Counted from the first letter of the stretch, positions 9,237 through 19,203 are shown. The stretch: DNA of 64,000 nucleotides from Nitrospirota bacterium (GCA_963721805.1 CAVRJY010000001.1:896001-960000), one strand, 5' to 3'. Numbers and translations: made by a program. Notes: a model not told the origin generated them from the letters alone.

Positions 9237-10016
9237 ATGGATAAGCCTATGCCAGCGGTCTTCGTCGGACACGGCAACCCGATGAACGCATTATACGAAA
9301 ATGCCTATACCGAGGGCTGGGCATCTATCGGCAGTTCGATGCCCCGGCCCAAGGCGATTCTGTCGGTATCGGCCCACTGGTTCATACCCGCGACCGAGGT
9401 GACGGTCAGCGCTACCCCGCGCACGATCCACGACTTCGGCGGTTTCCCCGACGAGCTGTTTGAGATGAAATATCCCGCCCCCGGCTCTCCGGGGCTTGCG
9501 TCGCGCGTCAGAGACATGCTCGCGCCCGTGGCGGTCGGGCTGAGCGTGGAGTGGGGACTGGACCACGGGACATGGACCGTCCTGCACCATATGTTTCCGA
9601 AGGCCGACATACCCGTCATCCAGCTCAGCATCGACGAGGCGAAACCTCCGGCGTTCCATTATGAGATCGGCAAGCGTCTTGGGTCATTGCGGGAAGAGGG
9701 CGTGCTGATCATCGGCAGCGGCAACGTAGTCCACAACCTGCATTCCTATGCGTGGGGCCAGCAGGGGGGCAAGGCGTACGACTGGGCCGTGCGGTTTGAA
9801 CACAGGGTGCGGGAGCTTATCGTCAAGGGCAACGATGCGCACGTTGTCGAGTATGAGAAGATGGGCCGTGACGCGATGCTCTCGGCCCCGACGCCGGACC
9901 ACTATCTCCCCTTGCTGTATGTGCTCGGCCTGCGCAGGGCGGGAGACGCGATCAGTTTTCCGGTAGTGGGGACGGATGGGGGGTCGGTTTCGATGTTAGC
10001 GGTGCAATTAGGGTAA
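9237..10016 (+). CDS. ygiD: 4,5-DOPA extradiol dioxygenase-like protein (LigB family)
   Basis: FVGHGNPMNA, SAHW, TIHDFGGFP, WGLDHG, GSGNVVHNL and PTPDHYLPL motifs. Confidence 0.92.
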   Translation: MDKPMPAVFVGHGNPMNALYENAYTEGWASIGSSMPRPKAILSVSAHWFIPATEVTVSATPRTIHDFGGFPDELFEMKYPAPGSPGLASRVRDMLAPVAVGLSVEWGLDHGTWTVLHHMFPKADIPVIQLSIDEAKPPAFHYEIGKRLGSLREEGVLIIGSGNVVHNLHSYAWGQQGGKAYDWAVRFEHRVRELIVKGNDAHVVEYEKMGRDAMLSAPTPDHYLPLLYVLGLRRAGDAISFPVVGTDGGSVSMLAVQLG

Positions 10017-10104
10017 ATACACTCACTGCGTCGCCTTTTCCAAAGCGCGCCAAATCGCTTGATACTGCGTCACGCCTCACAGCCCGATCCTCAACGTATG
10101 TCCA

Positions 10105-10604
10105 TGCCCACTTCTCAAGACGCTTCAGCCTTAGCCCCTTCGTCTCGATGCCGTGCCGCAGCCATACGCCCCTCACTCCGCCCTGACTTATCGTAATACC
10201 CAGCTTGTTTAGCTCGTTTGCCGTGCGCATCCGTGCGTGCGTGGGCTGCTCAAGCGAGTACGATAGAACCTTCGCCTCTATCTCCGGGGCAACCCGGTTT
10301 CCGATGCGGGGCATGCTGCGCGTCTTCTCGATCAGCCCTTCAAGCCCCTCTTCGGCTATCGCGTCCTTGATGTCGTAGAAGTGCTGGCGTCTGATGCCGA
10401 GCATCCGGCAGGCAAGGGATATGTTTCCGAGCGTCGCGCCAAGTTCCAGAATGTTGAGCTTGCGGCTGATGATATACTGTCTCTGAGCCATGGTCTTCCT
10501 TCTCGGTTAAGTTTGTTTGGGCAAACTATCTTAACCGGAAGGCCATGGCTCCTTGAACCTCCAAAGAGCCCTAAACTGTCAACGCTTTTCTAGATTAGTG
10601 CACA
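10105..10604 (-). mobile_element. Truncated IS481-family element: left end plus N-terminal HTH part of the transposase (ATG at 10491), no DDE domain
   Basis: KLNILELGATLGNISLACRMLGIRRQHFY...GGVRGVWLRHGIET...RLKRLE; putative end TGTGCACTAATCTAGAAAAGCGTTGACA (10604 to 10577). Confidence 0.8.
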
Positions 10605-10716
10605 TTCTACCCTTTCCATCTGTTGCGCTCACTTCAAATAGAGAAATGCTAGCCCCCTTGTTTCCATCACCAACAACACACACGCAACGCAACCAAATTA
10701 ACCTTATGAGTCAAGG

Positions 10717-10801
10717 TGGTGCGAGAGAGGGGAGTCGAACCCCTACGGTGTTACCCATTGGATCCTAAGTCCAACGCGTCTGCCAGTTCCGCCACTCTCG
10801 C
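10717..10801 (-). tRNA. tRNA-Leu(TAG), 85 nt, CCA encoded
   Basis: GCGAGAGTGGCGGAACTGGCAGACGCGTTGGACTTAGGATCCAATGGGTAACACCGTAGGGGTTCGACTCCCCTCTCTCGCACCA; anticodon arm TTGGA-CTTAGGA-TCCAA and a long variable arm. Confidence 0.97.
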
Positions 10802-10839
10802 TGCATGATTTTATAGGTTTATTCAGCCTACGGTCAAAC

Positions 10840-11665
10840 GTCTACTCCCCGACCGCGAGCTACACATACGACGCGAACGGAAAAACTATTGCAATACAGG
10901 GGCAGGTTGCGGTATCTTTGGGGATGGCGCTGCGGGGAGAAAGAACTACGACCAGTTATATATATGACGGCTGGGACATCGTGCAGGAGAGGCAGGACGA
11001 TCAGGTGAAGTGGAACTATCTGAGGAGCCTGAACATCGACGAGCCATTGGCCCGCATCGGCTTCGACAATACGACCGAATACTACCATGCCGATCACCTC
11101 GGAACGCATCACCTCGATAACGGATGAAACCGGCGTCGTTAAGACCCAATATGCATACTCGCCTTTCGGCGAGCCCATGATGAACGGTGCCGCATCCGAT
11201 AATGCGTTCCAGTACACAGGCCGCGAGAACGACGGCACCGGGCTAACATATTACCGCTACCGCTACTACAACTCCGCGCTAGGCAGGTTCATCTCCGAAG
11301 ACCCGATAGGGTTAAGGGGCGGGGTAAATTACTTCCGATATGCCGCGAATAATCCCCTACTCTATCGAGACCCGCTTGGGTTGACCAATTGGGGTAAAGT
11401 TGGAACTGGAACACTAGCTGGACTTCAAGGCCTTGGCACATTCGGCTTTGGTGTTGCAGTAGGAATCTATGGCTACGGTGAGATAGCTGAAGGTTTTGCA
11501 TTAGGCGGACCACTTGGTGGATTAGCTATGTTGTACGGATTAGGCAATATAGGGCATATATTTGGACTGAGTGGAATGTTGGGGGCTTTAGGCGGAGGTG
11601 AGGTTATTTTTGGAGTGAATATGATACTTGATGGTCTAGCAGAGCCGGATGGTGGTTGTCATTAA
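10840..11665 (+). pseudogene. Orphan Rhs (YD-repeat) fragment with Rhs core and a 93-aa Gly-rich hydrophobic C-terminal domain; no clear start, +1 frameshift near 11103
   Basis: YTYDANG, YIYDGW, YYHADHLG, YSPFGE, FQYTGRE, RYYNSALGRFISEDPIG and NPLLYRDPLGL motifs. Confidence 0.88.
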
Positions 11666-11689
11666 CGCCTCAGAATCACAAGCATCGAA

Positions 11690-12643
11690 ATGAGATGGTT
11701 CAGAACAGTCTGGGGCTGGCTGGATGTCGCGATATTGGGCTTGATTATTGTGTATTTTATTCTCATGTGGAATGAATATCCTCTTACTCTCGGCGGCTCG
11801 ATAGTGTTTATTACGCTGATCGCATTAAATTGTTTTTTCTCTACGTTACGAATAGTGAATCCATGGTTTCTTACAACTTTCTCGATGATGCTCTTATTAT
11901 TTATGAGTATTAATCACGTTGCTTATTTGGAATCACTACATGGTGTTCAGAGTTCTTATATCCCATGGTATATTTGTCTTGGCTATATAATGTTTCATGT
12001 ATATAGCATATCGGTTTGTCTTTCTATTGGCTCAGGATCTGAGAGAAGGAGTGAGAGTGAAATTGGTTTGCGCAAGAGTATTACTATCCGCATCCTTATG
12101 AAAGTATTTTTTCCTTATCTAATTGGAGCTCTTGTTACTGGTGCAGTTTTTTTAGTTTATGCCCATAGAGAAGCATTCACTGTGAAGCTATCACTCATGA
12201 AACATTATCTTTTTTGGTTTATTGTGGGGCAGGCATGGGTCCTGATTGCAAATAGAAAAGAGATTGATTGGGCATTCTCAAAACTTACCATTGAAAAGTC
12301 GGCGCTAAGGATTCGTAATCCACGCAAGATATTTATTGTTTTTGCACTTGCCACCTTATTCATAGGGAGCGCGTTTGAAATGATGCGAGGTCTCTGGTTT
12401 GTATGGTTTGGGACATGGCTTGCTGTAACTCTAATGGTTATGAACTACTGGAGAATGTGGAAATATTCTCTTTCTGAGAATAATAAATACACATACGAAT
12501 CTATTGATAATAATCGACTTGACACAATGGGAAACGAATTCGAATTAGTTAAATATCTTATTCGATTTGTGGTCATTGGTGCTCTGCTAGGAACAGCATA
12601 CATGCTTATATTGGCTGTCCTGCTGGTAAAACATATGTATTAA
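11690..12643 (+). CDS. AT-rich polytopic membrane protein, putative immunity protein for the Rhs C-terminal domain
   Basis: 317-aa ORF with about nine hydrophobic segments, 24 bp after the Rhs stop, sharing the low-GC composition of the C-terminal domain. Confidence 0.6.
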   Translation: MRWFRTVWGWLDVAILGLIIVYFILMWNEYPLTLGGSIVFITLIALNCFFSTLRIVNPWFLTTFSMMLLLFMSINHVAYLESLHGVQSSYIPWYICLGYIMFHVYSISVCLSIGSGSERRSESEIGLRKSITIRILMKVFFPYLIGALVTGAVFLVYAHREAFTVKLSLMKHYLFWFIVGQAWVLIANRKEIDWAFSKLTIEKSALRIRNPRKIFIVFALATLFIGSAFEMMRGLWFVWFGTWLAVTLMVMNYWRMWKYSLSENNKYTYESIDNNRLDTMGNEFELVKYLIRFVVIGALLGTAYMLILAVLLVKHMY

Positions 12644-12964
12644 TCGCTGTTACCTCTACCACTACATACCCTGGAAGCTACAACTGTAGCGCGCCGTCCG
12701 AATAACCATAGGGAACATCCCGCACGGGGAACATAAGCTAGACCTACGACTCGATGGACCGACGTAGGGTTCAGATTAATACCCCACGCAACAGCTCAGT
12801 TGTGCATTGCCTCAACCGTGACCAAAACGTGACAGAATATATCTGAACGGACAGACAATACGGCAATGGGCAGAAAGGACAGAACGGCGGACTATCCTTT
12901 CCTGAAGCCATATTATGAAATTTACCAAGCTGGAGGCCCAGTTACGAATTTAGTCGTTTTAGGT

Positions 12965-13003
12965 TCCTAAGTCCAGCGCGTCTGCCAGTTCCGCCACTCT
13001 CGC
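12965..13003 (-). pseudogene. tRNA-Leu 5' fragment (att-like)
   Basis: GCGAGAGTGGCGGAACTGGCAGACGCGCTGGACTTAGGA, diverging right after the anticodon loop. Confidence 0.85.
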
Positions 13004-13240
13004 TGTGTGATTTTAAAGGATATTTAAAAGCGATAGCAAATGCCTCCAGCATTTCTCCAGTAGACGCGAGCGCAAGGAACAAAACAATAATTGAGCCTGC
13101 GCATAGAATATTCCGCGGACGCTTTCTCTGGGAACCAGCAGGCTCGAATTGACTAATGGACATTTGAGGACGTGACCTGCATGGCCTCGAGTTTAAACAA
13201 GTGCAAGTGCTTATAGGCTAGCGAACGGTCGAGGAATGAC

Positions 13241-14326
13241 TCAGGAAGGCAGGCGTGAGCTAGAGACAGTGGGCTTCAGTCCCATATGTTTTTCGAAATA
13301 ATCGCTCCAGTGCGTTACGAAGGCCGCATGGCTGTAAATCTTGGCGGTCGCCAGGCCTTCGGCCACGAGCCGCTGTGCATATGCGCCATCAGACAACACG
13401 TTAGCCGCCTTGTCGCACAGGCCGTCAAAATCAGGGTATCCCGTAACCTCACAGTTTACCCCAGGCAGCATGAACTCGGTGCCTCCGCAGCCGTGGAAAC
13501 CGATGACCGTGCAGCCGCACGCCATCGCCTCAAGGGGCATAAGGCTAAACCCCTCGCAAGTCATCAGCGACAGGACGTACCGGTGTTCGGACATCAGCTT
13601 AAGGAGCTCATCTTGCGTTATCCTCGGAGGCGGATACGTGACGGAAAACTCAGCCTGGGGGTGGCGCGCCCTCATGGTGTCTTTAAAACGCTGCAAAAAC
13701 AGCCCGGAGTATGACTTGTTCAGGGCCAGGATGCTTCCGGGCGGCCTTTGGTCCCACGGTTTTCCCTTAGGCATATCGCCGGTGATATAGGCCGGGATGA
13801 CAGGGGCGTCTATGCCGTAAGTGGTCTCGATAAAACGCTTTACGAAGCCCGAGACACAGACATAGTAATCGAAAAAGCCGTCCAGGACGTTATACGTTGT
13901 GAACGCCTGGATATACATCAGTTTGCGTCCTGGCAGCCTGAGCCCCATCATCAGACTCGAGCAGCTCGATGGTGCAAGGATGATATCTTTCTCGGTGACG
14001 GCGTCTTCCATCTCTTCGATGGTTATCGACTCAAACTGGTGCCTATAATGGAAAATGTTTTTGGCCGTATTTTGCTTTTTCGCTTTCCGCTTCTCCGCCT
14101 TTAAAACCACGAAGCATTGGCTGCCAAACCGCTCGTATAGTATGCACCCGAGCTGATAGATCATATAATTGCCGCCATAGGGCATGTAGCCGTTCATGAT
14201 GAAGACCCTCATGCCGTTTTCTGGTGGTGCCGGGATCCGCCTGTTTTCCCGCCGCCGCTTAAGCGGGAAGCGCAGGAGCCGTTGCATTATCGCTGCTAAT
14301 TTATTCAAGCCGGATTTGCGCTTCAT
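13241..14326 (-). CDS. GT-B (family 4-like) glycosyltransferase
   Basis: PYGG near the N-terminus; C-terminal EGFSLMPLEAMACGC (E-x7-E) motif. Confidence 0.82.
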   Translation of the reverse strand: MKRKSGLNKLAAIMQRLLRFPLKRRRENRRIPAPPENGMRVFIMNGYMPYGGNYMIYQLGCILYERFGSQCFVVLKAEKRKAKKQNTAKNIFHYRHQFESITIEEMEDAVTEKDIILAPSSCSSLMMGLRLPGRKLMYIQAFTTYNVLDGFFDYYVCVSGFVKRFIETTYGIDAPVIPAYITGDMPKGKPWDQRPPGSILALNKSYSGLFLQRFKDTMRARHPQAEFSVTYPPPRITQDELLKLMSEHRYVLSLMTCEGFSLMPLEAMACGCTVIGFHGCGGTEFMLPGVNCEVTGYPDFDGLCDKAANVLSDGAYAQRLVAEGLATAKIYSHAAFVTHWSDYFEKHMGLKPTVSSSRLPS

Positions 14327-14345
14327 ATGCGGTTGAAGGCTGCAT

Positions 14346-15335
14346 TCAAGGGTTTATGAGCCTCGAAAACGGCCCTTTGGAAGCGAGATAGACCTTGCAC
14401 CGGGAACACGCAACCCCGGGATCAGGCCGGGCCTTTCCGAGCACCATTGCCTTTGCATAGCGGTATTTTTTTGAGCGGAGACAGGCGCTGAGCCCTTCCG
14501 AAAACACGTTACCGAAGTCTGAGTATATGTTCTCGCAGCAGCCCAGGAGTTTTCCGTCCCAGTTTATCTGGGGCGCGAACCATAGCTGCAGGCAAGGCCT
14601 CGCGGACATCAATCCGCTTTCGCGCTGGTAATTATAGCGTGCGATGTATTTCTGCCCGGCGCCTTTTCCGAGGGAAGCTGTTTCAACGACCGGGGAGTAA
14701 GAGGGCGCATGGTTAAGTTTAGCGTAGAACTCCATCCCTAGCTCTGTTGCCATGGCCCTGGCGGCCTCGAGTTCGTGGGCATTGTGGCCGAATACCACGA
14801 ACTGCCATCGGATACGCGGCAAGCCGCTCCGGTACTGCTCCTTATATTTGTTGATCAGTCTTACATTAGAGAGGACCCGCTGGAGGTCGCCGCCGACGCG
14901 GTACTTGCCGTACGTCTCTTGGGTGGCGCCGTCAATCGAGACCGAGAGCTTCTGTAAGCGATGCCTCACGATCGCCTCGGCCTTTTCCTCGTCGAGCGTA
15001 TTGAGGTTGCTGCCGTTTCTGCACATCAGCGAGACACCATGCTCCGCCCCGATGCGAAGGATTTCGGAGATCTGCGGGTTAAGGAATATCTCGCCCCAGT
15101 TTGAAAGCTCGACGGACTTCACTCGCGGGTTGTTGCTGAGGAAGGAGCCGAAGTCCTCCGGACTCAGAAACCCGCTGCCGACCACTGCCTTGCGGTTTTC
15201 TCCGCTGGCGGTAGGGCAGATCGGGCATTTAAGCTGACATATGCTCGATGCATCGATGCGCACCTTCTCCGGTCCTACAAAATCAGCAAGATACGCCTTA
15301 GCCCTGAACTTGAGATATCTGACCAGCAAGCTCAT
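14346..15335 (-). CDS. Radical SAM protein with a SPASM/Twitch-type C-terminal domain
   Basis: CQLKCPIC, NWGE and SIDG motifs; C-terminal PC...DGKLLGCC...CSRC. Confidence 0.9.
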   Translation of the reverse strand: MSLLVRYLKFRAKAYLADFVGPEKVRIDASSICQLKCPICPTASGENRKAVVGSGFLSPEDFGSFLSNNPRVKSVELSNWGEIFLNPQISEILRIGAEHGVSLMCRNGSNLNTLDEEKAEAIVRHRLQKLSVSIDGATQETYGKYRVGGDLQRVLSNVRLINKYKEQYRSGLPRIRWQFVVFGHNAHELEAARAMATELGMEFYAKLNHAPSYSPVVETASLGKGAGQKYIARYNYQRESGLMSARPCLQLWFAPQINWDGKLLGCCENIYSDFGNVFSEGLSACLRSKKYRYAKAMVLGKARPDPGVACSRCKVYLASKGPFSRLINP

Positions 15336-16174
15336 CCGCCTTGAGACTCCAGGCCTTTCCCGTAGCCGTAAAACGGATCAAGTTCCGAGACCGCGTCGTC
15401 GAGATACGACAGGTCCTCAGGCCCGAAGTGTTTAAGGTAGCCCTTGACTACGCCGGAGCGGACCTTGAAGGAATCGGGGTCCCCGGGGTTCCTGTGCTTC
15501 AGGACCTCGGATTTTATCTCGCCCTTCTTCTCCATGCGCTTCATGTTCTCGAAATCTGAAAATCGCACTGCCTCCAGCAAGGCCGCCTCGTCGGCGCGCC
15601 CGCTGCCTTCGATGAACTCCAGTATCCGCCTGAACTCCGATACCGTGTCGGTGCGCAGGGCCTCGTAATTTATCCATAGGCAGCGAGGGTGGGCGGCAAA
15701 CCGCATCCGCCAATTGTTGAGTATCGTGACTATCGGACGGATACCGCAGCGCTCATCCCTAATGAACTTGGAGATGGTGCCCAGATGCCTGGGGTCGACC
15801 TCGTTTTTGGTAACGTGAAAATAGCGTGAGACGACCATGTCACGCGGGTCGCGGCTGAGGATTATGAGTTTCTTCTCAAAGGCCACCTTATCCGGGATGA
15901 GATGCTTGCCCTTGAGGCGCTGGAAAAAAGTATCAAGGGCGATGTGGTGCCAGATCTCGTGGCTGAAAAATACAAACGGTATCGTCTCACCCGGTTTGAT
16001 TTTTTCGAATTTCATCGAGAATTCGATCCCATACTTGATGGAAAGATATTTATTGAGCAGCACCCTCAGCCATGTTCTGCCGCTGTTTGCAGCCGACAGT
16101 ACAAGCGTGTCAGCGCCATTAATCTTGCGTCTATTTGGATTGAAGACGAAAAACCGCATAGAGTATATTAACAA
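15332..16174 (-). CDS. Sulfotransferase-domain protein
   Basis: SAANSGRTWLR (5'-PSB-like), RDPRDMVVSRY (3'-PB), YEAL, FENMK and KVRSGVVKGY motifs. Confidence 0.85.
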   Translation of the reverse strand: MLIYSMRFFVFNPNRRKINGADTLVLSAANSGRTWLRVLLNKYLSIKYGIEFSMKFEKIKPGETIPFVFFSHEIWHHIALDTFFQRLKGKHLIPDKVAFEKKLIILSRDPRDMVVSRYFHVTKNEVDPRHLGTISKFIRDERCGIRPIVTILNNWRMRFAAHPRCLWINYEALRTDTVSEFRRILEFIEGSGRADEAALLEAVRFSDFENMKRMEKKGEIKSEVLKHRNPGDPDSFKVRSGVVKGYLKHFGPEDLSYLDDAVSELDPFYGYGKGLESQGG

Positions 16175-16282
16175 ATCCGCATCGTTCCTGTCAGATTAGG
16201 GCTTAGCTCTGTCCCGTTATCAAACACCCCCTGACTTGGACATGATAAACTAGTTGATCTGCGGCTTTGGAGGGTAGGGGGA

Positions 16283-17137
16283 ATGACGGTAGAGCAACCG
16301 CGTAATGCATCGGGGACCGCCTGCGGCGGCATTGGGATCATGAAGCCGCTGGACGTCCTGAAGCAGCATATAAGGCTGGCCCTGACGCGACGAAGCCTCA
16401 GAGTGTTGCTGGATCAATACCGTCGTGCCCCCGGGACGTCCGGCAGATCGCTCCCCGACGGCGGTGCGGCGGCTATCGGCGGGCTCACGCCTCCAGAGAG
16501 GACCGGACTCGCTATCACGACATATAACCGTCCTGAATACCTGAGCCAATTTATAAGCTCGCTTCTGGAGACGGACCACCGTTTACTCGGGCATGTCTGC
16601 GTCATAGACGACAACAGCGATATGGAGGAAACGCGCGGCTTGCTTGAAAGGTTTAAGGCCCTGGATGTAAACCACGTCAGCGTCTTTAAAACTGCGAGGA
16701 ATGTCCGCAATCATGTGACATTGCCCCTGGCCCTGGATTATCTGCTTTCACAGGGGTGTTCGACTTTGATCAATGTCGATGCCGATTGCATCTTCAAACC
16801 CAATTGGCTCTCCGTGCTGCTGGAGCTCCATAAGCAGTTCCCCAATGATATCGTCACAGGGTTTAACTCTCCTAAACACCCTGCCGCCTCGACATCCGCG
16901 GCACACTATATTAAAAACACCATCGGAGGGGTGAACCTCGTCTTCGGTGCCCTCACCTACGCCGAGGCAGTACGTGGATCGTTTGCCTCGAAATCCCGCT
17001 GGGACTGGGAGATGTGCGCACGCGCTAAGTCAAGTCACAGGCTGCTTGTAGCCTCTCGGCCCTCCGTGGTGCAGCACATAGGCATCGAGTCCAGCCTTCG
17101 GCATAAATATGCTGACAGGGCGGAGGATTTCGAGTAA
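16283..17137 (+). CDS. Family 2 (GT-A) glycosyltransferase
   Basis: ITTYNRPEYL, IDDNS, DAD and WD...PSVVQHIG motifs; the start could be 16340. Confidence 0.85.
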   Translation: MTVEQPRNASGTACGGIGIMKPLDVLKQHIRLALTRRSLRVLLDQYRRAPGTSGRSLPDGGAAAIGGLTPPERTGLAITTYNRPEYLSQFISSLLETDHRLLGHVCVIDDNSDMEETRGLLERFKALDVNHVSVFKTARNVRNHVTLPLALDYLLSQGCSTLINVDADCIFKPNWLSVLLELHKQFPNDIVTGFNSPKHPAASTSAAHYIKNTIGGVNLVFGALTYAEAVRGSFASKSRWDWEMCARAKSSHRLLVASRPSVVQHIGIESSLRHKYADRAEDFE

Positions 17138-17244
17138 CCGTTAAGCCGCGCATGCTTTCATTTGCGCTCTTGCGCTGGACCGTCTGGGGCCGCAAGAGCA
17201 GCATTGCACCTTGGTATCCATTTTATTGTTAATATATTCGATAT

Positions 17245-19203
17245 ATGTTTATGTCAAATTTTTCGAGACATGCAGAGGCCCGCTCCCCAGCCATTAGGCC
17301 ATACAGAGTTATGCACGTGATCCATTCTTTAGGCACCGGAGGCAGCCAGGTGCATGTCCGCGACGTCATAAGGCACCTTGACCGTTTTGCACTTACGCCT
17401 ATAGTCTGCTCGCTTTCGGATATCGGCCCCGTAGGCCGCGAACTCCAGGCCGAAGGGATAGAGGTCATAGCGCTCGGCATGCAGGGGCGTGGCGGCTGGG
17501 CCATAGTGCGGGAGCTTTCAAGGGCTATCCGCGAGCGCGGAATCGACATAGTCCATACGCACACGTACAGGTCAAACCTGTACGGCAGGCTTGCCGCCAT
17601 CCTGGCCCGCACCCCATGCATAGTCGCCTCGGTGCATAACCAGTATAAGCCCAGTGCCCGAAAGCCGATGCGGAGGCTCATTAACCACCTGCTTGCAAAA
17701 TATACGAATGCCATTGTGGCGGTCTCCGAGCCGGTGAAGGCGGACATCGTAAGCTGCGACCGTATCCGGCCCTCAAAGACCGTAGTCATACCAAACGGCA
17801 TCGACGCCGAGGCCCTTGCAAAAGGTGACCGCGCCTCTGCAAGGCTGTCGCTCGGCATACCCGAGGACAGCCAGGTTATCGGTGCGGTCGGAAGACTTGT
17901 GGAGCAGAAGGGTTTTCGTTATTTGATCGAGGCATTCGCTGAGATTAAGGCGAACCTGCCAAACTCAGTGCTCCTGATAGTCGGCGACGGCAGCCACGAT
18001 GCGCAGCTCAAGGAACTGGCCGCGCGGCTCGGCGTTCGAGACAGCGTCACATTCGCCGGGATGCGCCGAGACATCCCGGACATGCTCGCCGCGATGGACG
18101 TATACGCAATGCCATCACTCTACGAGGGGTTTGGCATTTCGCTTGTCGAGGCTATGGCAGCTGGCAAGCCGGTAGTTGCGACGACGATCCCGCCCTTCAT
18201 GAAAATACTGAGCCATGGCGAGACCGCGCTGCTCGTGCCGCCTAAAGACCCTGGCGCCCTTGCTTCCGCGATAAGCCGCCTGTTGACCGACAGGCCCCTT
18301 GCGCTGCGTCTGGGCCAGGAGGCGCGTGAGACGGCCGCAAGCAGATACGACATAGAAGACGTCTCGGCCCGTTTAAGGCTGCTTTACATGACATGCCTAA
18401 AGAGTGCGCACCTCATCGGAAGCGTGGGCCCGGCCTCCTGCGAGGGCAAATACGGCAATACGATAAACGTTATATCTCCGCACCATGACGACGCGTGTTT
18501 TTCACTCGGCATAGCCCTGAGCCGGTTCCTGAGGGAAGGTTACAAGGTCAACGTCATTAACTGTTACACTGTTTCGAGTTATACGGTAGGGCGCAAAAAC
18601 AATGACGCCAGCATCGTAAGCGCGATACGCAAGGAAGAGGACTCAGCCTTTATATCAAAGCTCGGTCCCGGGGCATCGGCCACTGACCTCGGCTTTAGCG
18701 ATTCGTTAAACAGGGGGCAGGCGTTTAAGTACAGTACCCGTCCCATCGGCCAGGCCGATAGCGAAGAGTTGCGCCAGGTCGCTGCGGCTTTGAGCGTGGC
18801 GCTCAAACCCGGGCCGATCCTGATCCCCCTATCCGTCGGCCACCATCCGAACCATCGAATAGCGCACATGGCCGGGATTCAGTCGCGCGATGGAAACGAA
18901 TTCATAGGTTTTTACGAGGACCTGCCTTATAGCGCAAACCTCACCGAGGCCCAGGTCATAGACTACGTCCGGGATGCGGAGACCGCCCTCGGCCGCACCC
19001 TCTCGCCTCTTGTGATCTCATCTGACGGCGGCGCGCGTTTGAAGGCGAGGTTGGCAGGGAGTTACGTCTCCCAGCTCGGAGAGAAAACGGTCCGGAAATT
19101 GGCCAGGAGGGCAAAGAGGTTTAACGACGGCGAACGTCTGTGGCTCTCTGAGCCACTCAGAAGCCTGCTTGCTGGATGCCTGACTAGCAGCCCTTCGAAG
19201 TAG
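17245..19203 (+). CDS. GT4 glycosyltransferase fused to a PIG-L/LmbE family de-N-acetylase
   Basis: GT4 motifs [14 protein letters not shown] and [15 protein letters not shown]-terminal [25 protein letters not shown] and YVSQ. Confidence 0.88.
   Translation: MFMSNFSRHAEARSPAIRPYRVMHVIHSLGTGGSQVHVRDVIRHLDRFALTPIVCSLSDIGPVGRELQAEGIEVIALGMQGRGGWAIVRELSRAIRERGIDIVHTHTYRSNLYGRLAAILARTPCIVASVHNQYKPSARKPMRRLINHLLAKYTNAIVAVSEPVKADIVSCDRIRPSKTVVIPNGIDAEALAKGDRASARLSLGIPEDSQVIGAVGRLVEQKGFRYLIEAFAEIKANLPNSVLLIVGDGSHDAQLKELAARLGVRDSVTFAGMRRDIPDMLAAMDVYAMPSLYEGFGISLVEAMAAGKPVVATTIPPFMKILSHGETALLVPPKDPGALASAISRLLTDRPLALRLGQEARETAASRYDIEDVSARLRLLYMTCLKSAHLIGSVGPASCEGKYGNTINVISPHHDDACFSLGIALSRFLREGYKVNVINCYTVSSYTVGRKNNDASIVSAIRKEEDSAFISKLGPGASATDLGFSDSLNRGQAFKYSTRPIGQADSEELRQVAAALSVALKPGPILIPLSVGHHPNHRIAHMAGIQSRDGNEFIGFYEDLPYSANLTEAQVIDYVRDAETALGRTLSPLVISSDGGARLKARLAGSYVSQLGEKTVRKLARRAKRFNDGERLWLSEPLRSLLAGCLTSSPSK

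Larger units (their letters stand above)
10763..13005. mobile_element. Integrase-less islet bounded by 41-bp direct repeats of the tRNA-Leu 5' half
   Basis: 10763-10803 and 12965-13005 match at 40/41 positions, offset 2202 bp; AT-rich cargo; GTGAC repeats at 12816-12834 resemble integrase arm-type sites. Confidence 0.75.

Noticed and set aside
12942..13163. 73-aa ORF on the minus strand
   Set aside because: It reads through the tRNA fragment and its promoter, and has no protein features
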